A DNA stretch of 64,000 nt from positions 186,706 to 250,705 of the forward strand of contig NMRA01000303.1 of assembly GCA_002633005.1 (NCBI GenBank), given 5' to 3'. The notes below the pieces were generated by a model that worked only from the letters and a program-made list of their open reading frames with translations, was not told where the DNA came from and ran no database searches. The DNA is from Phoronis australis (lineage: Eukaryota > Animalia > Phoronida). Positions 25,501 to 38,534 of this stretch are shown here, piece by piece; the first letter of the stretch is position 1; each line of letters opens with the position of its first letter. The translations under genes were made by a program, and so were the position numbers.

Positions 25501-28500
25501 ATCTAACAGAAAGCTATAAGGCCAAAAAAAACGCAACTATTTCCGGTCTGAATCCTGACCTCACTGCCAAATGAAAAAAGTGCCCATGAACATCAATTTC
25601 AGGTATTAAACTTTGGAATAGCTCCATAAAGGCATGCAAGTAAAGTTTCAGTCACTGTATCCTTTCCATGGAATAGCTCCATAAAGGCATGCAAGTAAAG
25701 TTTCAGTCACTGTATCCTTTCCATGGAATAGCTCCATAAAGGCATGCAAGTAAAGTTTCAGTCACTGTATCCTTTCCATGCAATGAGGTATAAATATCTA
25801 CAAATGGAGTGGCATTGAAATTGCGAGACGAGTAAAAATAAAAAGACTCGCACCACTTCTGCTAGTCTCAGGTGGATTTTATCCTGAAAAAGTGGGTAAC
25901 CGAAAAAAACACTAAACCAACACATCATTTCTCAAAACAACTGCAAACCAAATATGGCATATGAAAGTAAAATTAACTAAGGGCTGCTCCAGTAAAATCT
26001 GTATGGGAGGTGGGGAAGGCACCTTTTTTTCGCACCCACCACCCATATTTTTCATTCATTTCTTCTGCCTACCACCCGTAATTTTTTATAAGTTTGAAAT
26101 GCAACCACCCGTAATTTTTTTTTGTTCTTGTGGTTGACTGCACAGGCGCTTGAGTTTATCTGTTCCTCCATCACCACTAACGTCATTCATTACAAGAAAA
26201 CATGTTTCTTATATATGGTTATTAGCCATCGAGAAATTCGAGTACCTGTGGTTAACTGGTGTTATGGGCATGCCGATGAGGAGATCGGAGGGAGTGAAAA
26301 AGTCGGAGCTTTTTGCAAGTTGCATTTTTGTTTCAATTTTTGATTCTGTGTGGATTGTTTATAAAATTTACTAAAATTACCCACCATCAAACATTTATGG
26401 CCCAATGAAACAACAACGACCTGTAAATTTTAATTTTTTTGAAGTACGACCACCAGCCATTTTGAATTTAAATCAAACGCAACCACCCATAAATTTTTAT
26501 TTCAGNNNNNNNNNNNNNNNNNNNNNNNNNNNNNNNNNNNNNNNNNNNNNNNNNNNNNNNNNNNNNNNNNNNNNNNNNNNNNNNNNNNNNNNNNNNNNNC
26601 CCGGAATAAGGTTGAGCCCAGGTGATAAGGCAATTCTTCAGCAAAACAGGACATTTTGGATGTTTGGGAACAGTCCAACACACCAACCCTTCACAGAATG
26701 AACATTTTGGACCATGTTCATGATTCTGTCGAGTTTTGCGGAGTATAGCAATGATTCATTTAGCATGAATTACCACATATAAATAACCAGAGTGAAAATG
26801 CATGCAGCACAGAGAAATATTGGCAGGAATAAGAATTTACTTCCTGGCAACAGGCTAGTTAAAACCACACGCAGTGTTATGGTCGAACAATTATTGACAG
26901 GAGCACATCATACTTGTAGTAAAAACAGCTATAGATTAGATGTAAAACACTGAATGCCACTCAGGACACACTCAATTCATCTGGCATACTTAACAAAACC
27001 CGAATTTGTCTCCCAATGCACAAAGAGGTTTGTTAAGATTGTGCTGCATGTCATTTGAGCTCATCACTGACCAGTCAACTATCATTAGATACCCACTGCT
27101 TTGCAACTGTTGGCCATGAGACTAGCAGTCTTTTTATATGTTTTCCTGAGATAATGGGAGAATCGCTCGCTTTCATTCTCTTTAGAACCCAACTGCATAA
27201 ATTCACCTGAAAAAGGAAACCAAAGCATGTAGAACAACGCAAACCTACTAACAAATGCTTAAGCGTACAACGTCATATTTACACTGCTACATATTATCAG
27301 GAAGATGTTACCAGGATCCTGGTAATGTTTTCCTAATGCTACATACAAAGTTCAGGCACTTCATTATAGATCATTGGTGGAAAACCACAAACCTGTAAGG
27401 TGAACACTGCTGAACAATCCCGGAAAATCGGCGGGAGCCAGGGCCAGGATTGTAAGATGGTGGAAATACTATTGTTAGCAAGGGCCCGAGTTGTAATATG
27501 GAGGTAATACTATTGTTAGCAAGGGCCAGAGTTGTAATATGGAGGTAATACTATTGTTAGCAAGGGCCCGAGTTGTAATATGGAGGTAATACTATTGTTA
27601 GCAAGGGCCAGACTTGTAACATGGTGAAAATACTATATTTACTCAAAGAGGGGACTGGGAATGTTTTAGGGTAAAAATGGGTATGTTTTTATGTGTAGGG
27701 TATGGGGTCTATTGTCACTACATAATATACATGCACTATCAAGTGAATGCCAAATGTGGTAGAAGCATGTCATGGCACTGTTGTTGTGTGTAGTGTGTTC
27801 TTCAATGTGTTGGTGGAGTCAGTGAATACTCATACTGACATAAAATTCGATGCAATCAGAGCAATCAAATCTACACACGACATTGCAAGTATTAATTCAA
27901 GTTAGAACAGTTTGGTAGAAAGTTTGTCAGACTTGCAAAAACAGAAGACCTGATTGGTTGACACAACTTTGTTAGCAAGGCGGGCATATTTGCTGTTTGA
28001 GACTGTAACTAGACTATAACAGGAATGGTAGTACATGCCTTTTTGGTCAGTCATTAACATGCTATTCGCAGGAGTGTATAAGATAAAAAATGTGTTGATA
28101 AAAATCAAGGAAATTAAAGGGATTACCATTGGACAATGGTATATTTTTGGTAAAAGTACAGTCAAATAAAAAGGAGCACAAAACCCATGACAGCAGTGCT
28201 GCTTTTTGACATGCTTCTACCACCCACTATGACATTGTTTATGGAGCGACTATAGACTACACACCCTGCACATTATAGATAGCCTACACATCCTTGATTC
28301 TAAAGTATTCCTATCCTTGAATAGCAAGTTACAGCTCTGGTCCCGACTCCCATAGATTTTCTGTTTCCTGTCTCGTTTTCATTTTCTGACTGTCATTCTA
28401 CTGTGTGGTCGTTCTGCAGTGTTCACCAATTAGGTGTGTGATTTTCACCGATGATACTGAGGGCCCCCATGGAAAGCAGTGAGAAATGATGGGGTTACCC

Positions 28501-31500
28501 TCACTGTAAATATTACAATAATAAATAAATAAATAATAAATAAATAAATACTAAATAAATAAATTGTAAGCAAAGATATGAAGTGCAAGGACTTTGTATA
28601 TAAAATTTAGAAAAATTGTAAATATAACATCATTCGCTAATTAAAAAGCGTTTGTTATTTGTTTTCTTGTGTGAATTTGGCTGTACTTCGGGAGCAAGTT
28701 TTCGGTTACACAGAATTGGTTAAACGCACGACACTTTTCATTGTTCACAGTCTTTATTCCGTTACGTTCAGTTGAGAGTAGTTTTGTTCTGAAGGTATGA
28801 ACGTAACGGAATGAAGACTGTGAACAATGAAAAGTGTCGTGCGTTTAACCAATTGTGTTAATTTTGCACAAAACAAGAACTAACAAAGATAAAAAAAATG
28901 TTTTACAAATACCACCATTTTCAACGTCGTCTTTAAACATATTTTTAAGTATATCTGTGTTGGGTTCCTTTCAGTTTGGATCGTTTTCCAGTTTTGCTGA
29001 GTGTGCTTTTGACCTATGTGAAGCTGCACTTTCACTTAATACTCCCCAAAAATAAATCCTTCAATTGGAAGTAAGTAATAAAAATATCATTTGGGCATCA
29101 AGTGACCATTACAAGAAATCAAATATATTATGAAACTGAGCAAAAAATGCTCAACACCAATGGTTGTACAAGTCAAAAGTACCATCTTTGACCAAATGAA
29201 TGATTTAAAGTTGATGAATGAAATGAAATACTGACCATACATTTGTTAAAACTGGTTTGCGCAGATGTGGCTTCTTTGAAACATGTCCAAAAAGAGACTT
29301 AAATTCCAACCGACCTTTACATAAATCGATCGCACGACAATGTTCATGGACTTGCTTTCAATAATTCTCCAGTTACTCTGTACAAAGCGTATCGCCAAAG
29401 ATTGTCATTTCTTTCTATTTTTCAACAGTTAACTACTCTACCAAATAACACTAACCTATCAGCAGTCACGACAGAAGGGAAAAAACAATGCCATGATAAA
29501 ATCTCACAAATTTTGACAAAACTGTGAAAAGTGATCTTTTTTCACTTTTCAAAGCCTCCTAACTCTGTTATGAATGTCTCCAGTTTCTCAATAAATGTCG
29601 GACATGATACCTAAAGTATAGAATTATAAAATGTAAAGTATTTGGTTGGTGCTACTTATCTTTCCTGGAAATAATGAAGCAACAAAACGTCTCACTTGTC
29701 AGGCATATTATGTCCTACTTTGGTGAAATTTTACCTTATTAATTATGTATTTTTATTATTTTGTTATGCTTTATTCTGCTTTACGTTTGCCGAGACATTT
29801 GACACATTCAAAATTTCGTTAGTCACCTATTTTATGTACTAAATATACTGGAAGGTACAGTGGAAAAAAGACTTTTGAATGTGTCCCTTATATTGTCCAC
29901 TAAATTCGCGCACAATAATCAGTTGATACACAAACCTGACACCAAGTCACCTAGCACCTGGGCTAAAACCTTGACTACTTCTGTGTTCCCGATCTTGGCT
30001 AGTAGATTAGAGGACACAGCCATCACATAGTCACCACACAGAATAGCCTGAAATGAGAACAAACACTTTACGCATGTCTATTTATGACCTCCTGTCATCT
30101 TCAAATATTATGTGCTCCACTATTGAAATATGTCCAAACTCTTTATTTTTTTTAGATAATTAAATTTAGAAACTCTTATTATGTTACCATGTGCACAAAC
30201 CAGTCACTCTAGTGTGAAAACAGTGTGTGCAGTGCTATCGGTATCAGCCATCTTGATTCCCCAGTACCCTTCAAACAAAAGATGCTGCAAACATAAACAT
30301 GTTTGTAGAGGAGGCAGTGTGGCCTAGTGTGATAGGTGACCGATTTCTTTACTCGAGGTCGGGGCTTCGAGCCCCCTATGTCACACTGCTAAACCCTTGA
30401 GTCAGGTTTCTAGCTACTCAGCTCGGTTTTAACTAGTTCCAGACAATCAGTGCAATGGGCCCACATGTGCGGCCTGTGCACATCTGGTGAAACATGTATC
30501 AGACCCCCAGCAATTATTTTTTTACTTTAAACATGTTTGTTGATAGTACTAGTCAAATGCCTACTGGTAAGACTTATTCAAAGTCATGAGTTGCAGCAAG
30601 AAATTGTAGTAAAGTTCAATGAAACAGTTCATAAAGAAAGTCACGTGAAATGCAAATAATTCAGTCAACATTACGAAATCACTTTTAACACTAACCTTCC
30701 TTTGGCCCCATATACTAAAAGCGCTAGCTTTGCCTCGTCTCGTGAGTGACGCGTCAATCACATCATCATGTATTAGGCTAGCAGTGTGAATCATTTCGGC
30801 GATCATAGCGACTGTCTGCTGGGATGGTAGTAATCTGAAGACAGTAGAAATAATACATCAAGAAACAGCCATGATGCACCTCAGATAGCTACACATGACA
30901 TTTTAAGTCTGGCATTACAACCACTCTATAGTTAAATGAATACATTACTACCAAAGCGATGACAAAATGCTCAAGCGGTCATGTACATTTGTTTTTACAG
31001 CAAAAATGACATTTTTACATGTATCTAATTAATGAAAAGTCCAAATAACGCAGCCAAAAGTAAAAACATGCCTTGACAGCTTTGGCAGACCACCGTGTGA
31101 CCTACCACACTGTATTTAACCAAGCAATAGGCTGAGAAAATATCAGGATTAGAAACTGTGAAAGTGACGATAGAAAGACGGGCGTCAGTAAAGCAACCAA
31201 CATTAGAAAAAGTAGTGATACCATGGATAGGGACAAGGCAGGTAACTTTCTAAGTCACATCCGTGTCCTGATCTTGACGGGGTCAAAGGAAACCGATTCA
31301 ACTCGTGTCCTCTGCAGCCATATCATCTGCTGGACAGATTGTGGACGAGTCACAAAGTTTCCTAAAACAACTGTCAAAGCATATTCATAGTTTTTGTCTG
31401 AGTGTGTAATTTGAACTTTTCATTATCAAATGATACGTACCAGTCAATTGCAATCATACAGTAAGCCTAAAACAATGAACAATGTTGGAAAACCATGATA

Positions 31501-33813
31501 GAAACCAGTAAACCCAACTTTTGTGCATACCTCAATAGTGCTCCACTTACTGGTTTTCTACAGCGTTGTGAATATTACAAGCCCTGGACATGAGAGTCAC
31601 AACCATTGGTCTAAACAGCTTCCCTTTGCTATCGAAGTGATACTGAGATGAAGTGGTGAGTTCATTGTTGTCTAAGGCTAGTTCCTGTCAAAATACGACA
31701 ACATGTTAACACGGCAATTTAAAGTCCTTGTCTCACGCGTTGTTAACCCTTATTACATGGTTAGAAGATGTTATAAGGATCCAAGAAGTACCTACCCCAT
31801 AACTAATACACGATCCGTACTTGAAAACAGTTTAAATGAACGCGCCACTCACGATTCGCACCCGAAGAAACACCGCCATTTGGAACTTGCCACGAACCCG
31901 GAAGTACAATTCATTCAGGAACCCAGGCCGAGAAAACGCCGTCAGTGCGACTGGAGCAGTGCCTGTACTGTTACCAGCCAGCAAACGGGGATAAAAAATA
32001 GACAGCGCGTCTTAATTTTGATAAAATCAAACTACGGACAATTTTATGGAATTTGCTGAAGAAATGTGGCGAATAAATTTTGACAGAAATTATTTTGCCA
32101 GACTCGGGACCGCAGCCTATCGGACCCGGTGCGGATCGAGACCAGACACTGGCGAACGGTAAATGCATGCGGTTGCAAGCTGTTTTGTCGAAGTAAAATG
32201 GTCAAATGATAAATGCTGCATATATTCAAGGGTAGTTTCAGACACTTGCATGAAATTACGGGCTGGTTAGTCCTGTGTCACACTGCCGCGGCAGACCTTA
32301 GTTAGCCTCAGTCACCAGCTACCAGTGAAGACTATAGTCAAAATACAGCTTGTTAGTAGGCCTAGACAGCTTTGCGCCAAGACTACCCTTAGGCCTAACT
32401 GGTCGCTGGCCACAAACACAAAAAACACGAAAATTGAACAAAGTTTCTTTTTTGTAGCAACGTTTGTCAAAATGTATCAACGTTAAATCTTCACAAATTA
32501 CAAAGTAGCCGATTGAACATGCCTTTCAGTTCAGCAAAAGTCGACATTGTAGGTGCCGCCAGAAATGAGACGAAGTCCAACGGGAATTGTGAGCACATTT
32601 ATCACTTAATGAGTAACAACTGCGAGGCTGAAATTTGGTGAACACTGCTAAATCGTGCAGAATAGTAAGTAAAGATATGTCTAACTAAATTTCACCGTAA
32701 TTTGTTGGCGAAAACAATTTACACAAAGTTTTAAACTCGTAACTCATCCCGCTGTCCTCCAATATGGCCGACGCGATCCAAACAAAGTGACCCAAATTTC
32801 GCCACAAAACTTGCAATAACTTTACAGTGCTTGCCCCGATTTTTATACTTTTTCGATTTTTACTGAGTAGAATGTACTACCTTTCCGATGATAGCAAAGT
32901 ACTTTTTCAAAACGAGGAAAAAAATAAAACCGAAAAAAATAGGTTCGACCCATATTGGTTCCTAGGTTCGACCGGCCTACGTAAGGAACTAAACACCAAT
33001 GCTATTTTAACATACTAAGTACGCGTAACATTCCAAAAAATCAACGACCACTAACTACAAACTATAAATACACTACATATGCAAACGAATCACGATATAT
33101 TACTAATAAAACAAAATAATGAAGACTATTCGAGCAAGCCATAGCACATTCAGTTACAAGGAAAAAATGGCAGCGTTCAGGACAAGTTCCTGAACTGATG
33201 AGCCGGAAATGTGGGTACGGAAATAACCGATGACAACCGGTAATCATACGCTCAGAGAGAAGGGTCAAGTACTGTTACAAAATCGCTTTTGGCAAGAAAG
33301 GCGAAAAGAATATAAAGAAAGGGTGTCGAAAATAAGAATTTATATAGTAAGTATTTTCGGATACTGGAACCACATGGGCAGTTTGCAACAAGGACTTTAA
33401 ACAAGACATTTTACACAACTATTCATGAAAACTTTGTAGAACGGGCGGGAAAGAAGCCAGATGGCCAGCAAATTATCGTGGTAATCCTTTTCAGATGAGA
33501 ATAAATGGCCTACTATCAAAATGTCTTTTACCTCTATTTTTTGCCTCTCCAAAATGAGCGCGCTTACCTTTCGTATACTACTAGACAGTAACGTCAAATC
33601 ATCTTTGACCAGCTGATACGGATCTACTGTTGAAGTTTGAAGACTGGCTATTCTGTTACTTTGTTCACTTGAATATAACCTGCTTAGCTTGTTCACGGAA
33701 CAAGGACAAGGTTGTGGAAATGGGTTACTCCAAATCGATGAGTGAAGCATGGACAGGTTTTTGGTGTGCATTCGTCTCCAAAGAAGAATATTCGCTGTAC
33801 TGAGAACATGTCG
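22509..33813 (-). CDS. PDSS1: Decaprenyl-diphosphate synthase subunit 1 (trans-prenyltransferase making the coenzyme Q side chain)
   Basis: Exons 33813-33568 (first in-frame ATG at 33771; true start uncertain), 31684-31551 (HFDSKGKLFRPMVV), 30834-30696 (EMIHTASLIHDDVID...RRGK, first Asp-rich motif), 30047-29936 (AILCGDY), 27206-27097 (GEFMQLGSKENESERFSHYLRKTYKKTASLMANSCKA), 25001-24921 (YGRNLGIAFQ), 24114-24001 (LTDDLLDF, second Asp-rich motif, ...GKPTTADLKLGLATAPVLFA), 23512-23432 and 22649-22509 (stop TAA). All GT-AG with consistent phases; about 371 aa from ATG 33771. Confidence 0.96.
23498..23640. repeat. 53-bp tandem repeat (about 2.7 copies) spanning a PDSS1 splice acceptor
   Basis: Unit ATTTAATTCAGGATG(C/A)TGAAACC...; copies start at 23498, 23551 and 23604. 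Confidence 0.9.
25614..25780. repeat. 55-bp perfect tandem repeat, 3 copies
   Basis: GGAATAGCTCCATAAAGGCATGCAAGTAAAGTTTCAGTCACTGTATCCTTTCCAT at 25615, 25670 and 25725. Confidence 0.95.
27335..28600. mobile_element. Long degenerate foldback (palindromic) element with an internal 41-bp minisatellite (27440-27640) and a nested retroposon 3' tail
   Basis: 27340-27420 is inverted relative to 28410-28455 and 28575-28600; 27695-27790 is inverted relative to 28190-28270; the (TAAA)n-tailed insert at about 28458-28565 interrupts the right arm. Confidence 0.65.
28714..28854. repeat. Near-perfect inverted repeat: 57-bp arms, 27-nt spacer, one mismatch
   Basis: 28714-28770 is the reverse complement of 28798-28854. 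Confidence 0.95.
30309..30430 (+). mobile_element. tRNA-derived SINE head (degenerate)
   Basis: A-box-like TGGCCTAGTGTG, B-box-like GCTTCGAGCCC, followed by a CCCTTGAGTCAGG core-like segment; no full cloverleaf. Confidence 0.55.
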
Positions 33814-35093
33814 CTGTAAATGAGAAACAGAACTCTTGTGACATAACCAAAGATGCTACCTGCACAGGACTCCTGCAGGTTGCCAAAGCAACCTCAGATT
33901 GTGTTTGGCGGTCTGGTAAAAATCTCAAGTTGCCATAAAGTCGCCACACACATATCAGAGTAAGTGCTCAAAATGCTACAGGAAGGGAACAGATGGGTGT
34001 CGGAATTGTTCGACAAAAAACGGAATGGCTCATTTACAGCTGCTGCACAGAAAATCTAGTCTTGAATGTCTTCTCTTCACTAAGGTAAGAGGGTAACTAT
34101 GCAGAATATTGGAACCTGGTCATTACTAAGCCCACGATATACCCATATGTTCGACCAAAAATTCAAATGATGAAATTCTTTGCCAATGTCATCTTAATTC
34201 CTGCAGAAATGCTTCATCGAAGATATGTATAGAATCAGAAAGGATTGCTGAAGAAGATAAGTGTTTTTTAAGTGATAATTTTAAGTGTAAAATGCATTTT
34301 TGACTAGGTGAAAACATTTTATTCAGTAGGCTACCACCCATTTAATATACACGTGATGAAATTAGAAGAGAAAGTGGTGAAAAGTATTGTAGCCCCTAGC
34401 ACAGGCATTCTTGACAGCTGGTTGATATGATTCTATAATAAAGAGAAAGGTACAACACTGCTATCCAATATGGTCGCTCACCAGGCACTTCCAGAATAAC
34501 TCGAAGCATGTCAATCTGGAAGTAATTTGTGTCACACATTTTATCTGCCACTTCAACACGTTCACTTGCTCCATTTGTGGATAACAAAACCAATAAATAG
34601 TATTACTACCTCTATATTTTCTTAATTCAATTGGCAACATTCACGGCAAAGTGACTAGGCCGACTTGCACCATTTATGTTAACTATCACGCATGCTCATC
34701 AGGCCACTCACGACATCACCAGAACGCTTACATCAACTAAAAACAGCAACAGTACAGGAAGAGTAAACGAAGAGGTTCTTCACAGTTATTCGTGACTGTG
34801 TCGACTTGACTTCAGTTCGACCTGGTATGATGAGATTACAAACACATAGCTGCCGCTGATCTGTAATTCGACTCATGTTGTGATCACCATTTGTAAATTA
34901 CATACATGCGCTTCTGTGTTTGTACCTGATGATTTAGGAGGAACAGAAGGAAATTCGAAGGCCCCTTGAAATGTTGATGTATTTTTCTTGTACTCAATTA
35001 GGCAATGACCATCGCCTCTGTTGGCCCGAACCAGAGGCGATGCAGAGGCTATAGGCGCTCTGTACGCCGGAAGCTTTAAGGCGAATTGTGCCT

Positions 35094-35836
35094 CGCACCG
35101 ACTAAACCATCAAAGTCACGTTGTTATAAATACCTTTTGCGCATAGAGGAACACGTTAGGAGGTTGTCGATGTGTTTAATTCCTTCCAACTCGAACAAAT
35201 ACTCCCGTTATGAAACTTTTTCTTCGAGCAGTCCCTATTTCAGTTCCCAAAATCGTGAAATCAACATTTTCATTTTTTTAACCAGGCCGAAGGTCAGAAG
35301 TTGCGGACCTACCGGCGAACTTTGAAAGCTGAAGTTCCCGCCCTTCGCATATGTGCTGCCGGGAACCAGCCGTGCATTTACCGTGTTGTTAAACATTAAA
35401 ATGTCAAATATGTGCACAAAGGCTATTAAATGTCATATCAACAGCCTTTATTTTTATTAAATACAAACAATAATTCATTGAAATACAATCAGTTTCAAGT
35501 AACGCCAATTAAAGACAAGTATGTATAAGTGGTGGCATTTTGGAAAGGAACATTTGACTGACAAGACCGCAACGGCTCACCTTTGGCCTATTTAAAGATT
35601 GAGGTCATGAAGTCACATCACCTAGCGAGCGCAGTAAAAATTGGAGCGTGCGCAGTATAAAAATGGTGAGTTCACGATTTTGGGAACTGAAATAGGGACT
35701 GCTCGAAGAAAAAGTTTGATAATGGGAGTATTTGTTCGAGTTGGAAGGAATTAAACACATCGACAACCTCCTCAGGTGTTCCTCTATGCGCAAAAGGTAT
35801 TTATAACAACGTGACTTTGATGGTTTAGTCGGTGCG
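35094..35836. mobile_element. Foldback/MITE with inverted arms of about 180 bp, abutting an assembly gap
   Basis: 35094-35270 is the reverse complement of 35659-35836 with few mismatches; a related fragment lies at about 9310-9370. Confidence 0.8.
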
Positions 35837-38372
35837 NNNNNNNNNNNNNNNNNNNNNNNNNNNNNNNNNNNNNNNNNNNNNNNNNNNNNNNNNNNNNNNN
35901 NNNNNNNNNNNNNNNNNNNNNNNNNNNNNNNNNNNNNNNNNNNNNNNNNNNNNNNNNNNNNNNNNNNNNNNNNNNNNNNNNNNNNNNNNNNNNNNNNNNN
36001 NNNNNNNNNNNNNNNNNNNNNNNNNNNNNNNNNNNNNNNNNNNNNNNNNNNNNNNNNNNNNNNNNNNNNNNNNNNNNNNNNNNNNNNNNNNNNNNNNNNN
36101 NNNNNNNNNNNNNNNNNNNNNNNNNNNNNNNNNNNNNNNNNNNNNNNNNNNNNNNNNNNNNNNNNNNNNNNNNNNNNNNNNNNNNNNNNNNNNNNNNNNN
36201 NNNNNNNNNNNNNNNNNNNNNNNNNNNNNNNNNNNNNNNNNNNNNNNNNNNNNNNNNNNNNNNNNNNNNNNNNNNNNNNNNNNNNNNNNNNNNNNNNNNN
36301 NNNNNNNNNNNNNNNNNNNNNNNNNNNNNNNNNNNNNNNNNNNNNNNNNNNNNNNNNGGGGGGAGTGAGGAAAAAATTGCTACATAAATAAGGTCATTTC
36401 CTTGCATTTTATTTAGCACACTGTTTGGATGTCTTTTTCTTGTTCAAAGGACGGCACATAGGGAAACTAAACAAAAATTAGGAGGTTTGTTCCATTCAGG
36501 ATGTGTAGATCTGTAAATCTTTTTAGTATTGCAGAGTTGCATGATAGACAGATAATCCACAGCATGAGTACAGGACTCAACGTATCTTGAAGCTCTCAAA
36601 AGAGAACAGTAAAATGCAGTTGAGAAACCAGTTAAAATTGTGAGAAGACAATGAAGTTGCATTCGAAAGGACATGAAGAAATATGTTCTAGAGTACATGT
36701 CTACGTTTCATTACATCGCACAGTAATGCAATTCACGAATCCACAAAAACAAGACCATATCCTCAACAAATTCACAACTCAGTATCACCAGTGCTCAACA
36801 GTAGGTCAAAAATCTCCGCTGGAAAATAGGAGTGACGGCATATGTGCACTCGCGCGTGTACCCGGACTTGGCTTCGTAAAGGATCGTGACCAAAAAAAAA
36901 AACGTCGACACTCAGTGTTTGAATTTGGCATTCGTATTTTTACGTTTCTTAAAGGTTTTTCCGAGCGTCTTACTCGTAAATTTCACGTCGTTTGGCTACG
37001 AGCGTAGCCAGTGGTCGCCGGGGACATCGTAGTTGTTACGTCTTCTGCAGTGCATTATAAGTGGACGCTTTGTTGAATTGAAACTTACCAGGTTGAAAGT
37101 CAATCACAGTCTTTCATAGTACGCTACAAGAAATTTATTCTTATAAAAAGAACCATTCTTTTCTCGCAGTTTAAGAGTCAAATCCCTGGCCTGGTTCACA
37201 GCCGAAGTAACAGGTGCTGTGCACGTGACTGGCTGACCTACTTTTTTTCATATACGGCACGCAGTGCCACACACAGAGGATAAACTCGAATCGCCCAATA
37301 ATCATGGAATTCCACAATAAGTTGAATTATTTCGAGGCATTTATTTTCATGCTAAGTTATTAATTGAATATGTAACCAACATCACACACCACATTTTTTT
37401 TCTCGTAAGGTTTGCACTGCATTCTCGCGCATCAATATAAGTCGTTCGGCTGTGCGGATTTTTTTGATATTTTTTCATTCATTCGTTCGAGTTGCAACGG
37501 AGCTATGCGAACAAATTAAGGAAGTTTGCGCTAAGTTTTATCTGGTTTGCATGTTCAACGACATTGATGGCATTTGTACGGCAGGTCAGTGCTAGACTGA
37601 TTTGTCGGGTATCATTTTTTCGAAGTGTACGTTCTCCGTCGGCTATTTCAAATTGGCTGCTTTGTCGAATATATCGAGTGCCGCTTCAACTTCCGCGTCG
37701 GCAACTAGCATTAGCGGTACGGCAAATCCTTTGAACTTCGGATGTGGGTTCTTCAATTTCAAAGATTAAGTGTCCATGTACGGGTAGTTAGCGCTGGATG
37801 CAATATTTCTCGACACTAGTCGTGTGGGGGATTCCGTATGAAGTCACCTTGACGTCACAAAATAGGAAGGTATTCCCCAAAGATGGCTGCCAGTATTTGC
37901 CGATCGTCATTGTGACATTTATAGTAAAAATAGACGGCAAAAGTTTCTAATGTCGAGTTATTTCTTAATATTTAGCGAACTTAAACAATGAATTGTAGGT
38001 TTCAATGAAATTTATTAATAATAAATGTTAAAATTCTTCGTTTAGCCTTCATTTTCGCGGAGGTTGTTTGGAACAGGCCGTCTTTTTTCCGTCTTGGCCG
38101 TGCCGTCCAAAGCCGTCATTTTTTTAAAAGGGCCGTCCCAAGGACGGTCAGGACGGCCGCTAGATGAGTCCCTGGTCACAGATAAAATGTGTAATGTAAA
38201 TTACTCTCAGACTGACATGCTATGAGTAATTCCAGAAGTGCCTGGTGGGCGACCATATTGGACAGCAGTTGTAAACCTTACTCATTTAGTATTTTGCTTT
38301 TGAATGAAGTATAAATAACAGTACATCATCTGTGCCCCTAGACTAGTCTAGACAGCCTGCCGAGGGGCTACA

Positions 38373-38534
38373 TGTTGTAGTAATAGCCGAGATCACCCGA
38401 CCCGGGGATCGAACACGCGACCCTGATAAAACCGGCAGGCGTGCTAACCATTCAGGCATTCAGCTAATAGGCAATTGCCGTTAGCGAGTAGCTAACAGAG
38501 GCTCATATAATTCACCGGAAGCACATCTACAACA
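38373..38534 (-). mobile_element. 162-bp tRNA-containing element with TGTTGTAG...CTACAACA inverted ends (solo-LTR-like)
   Basis: The - strand has a B-box GTTCGATCC within a tRNA-like 3' half; 8-bp perfect inverted termini with TG...CA. Confidence 0.55.

Noticed and set aside
30309-30430. Functional tRNA gene (also considered at 38390-38470 and 63680-63750)
   Set aside because: No complete cloverleaf or acceptor stem could be folded; only box A/B remnants.
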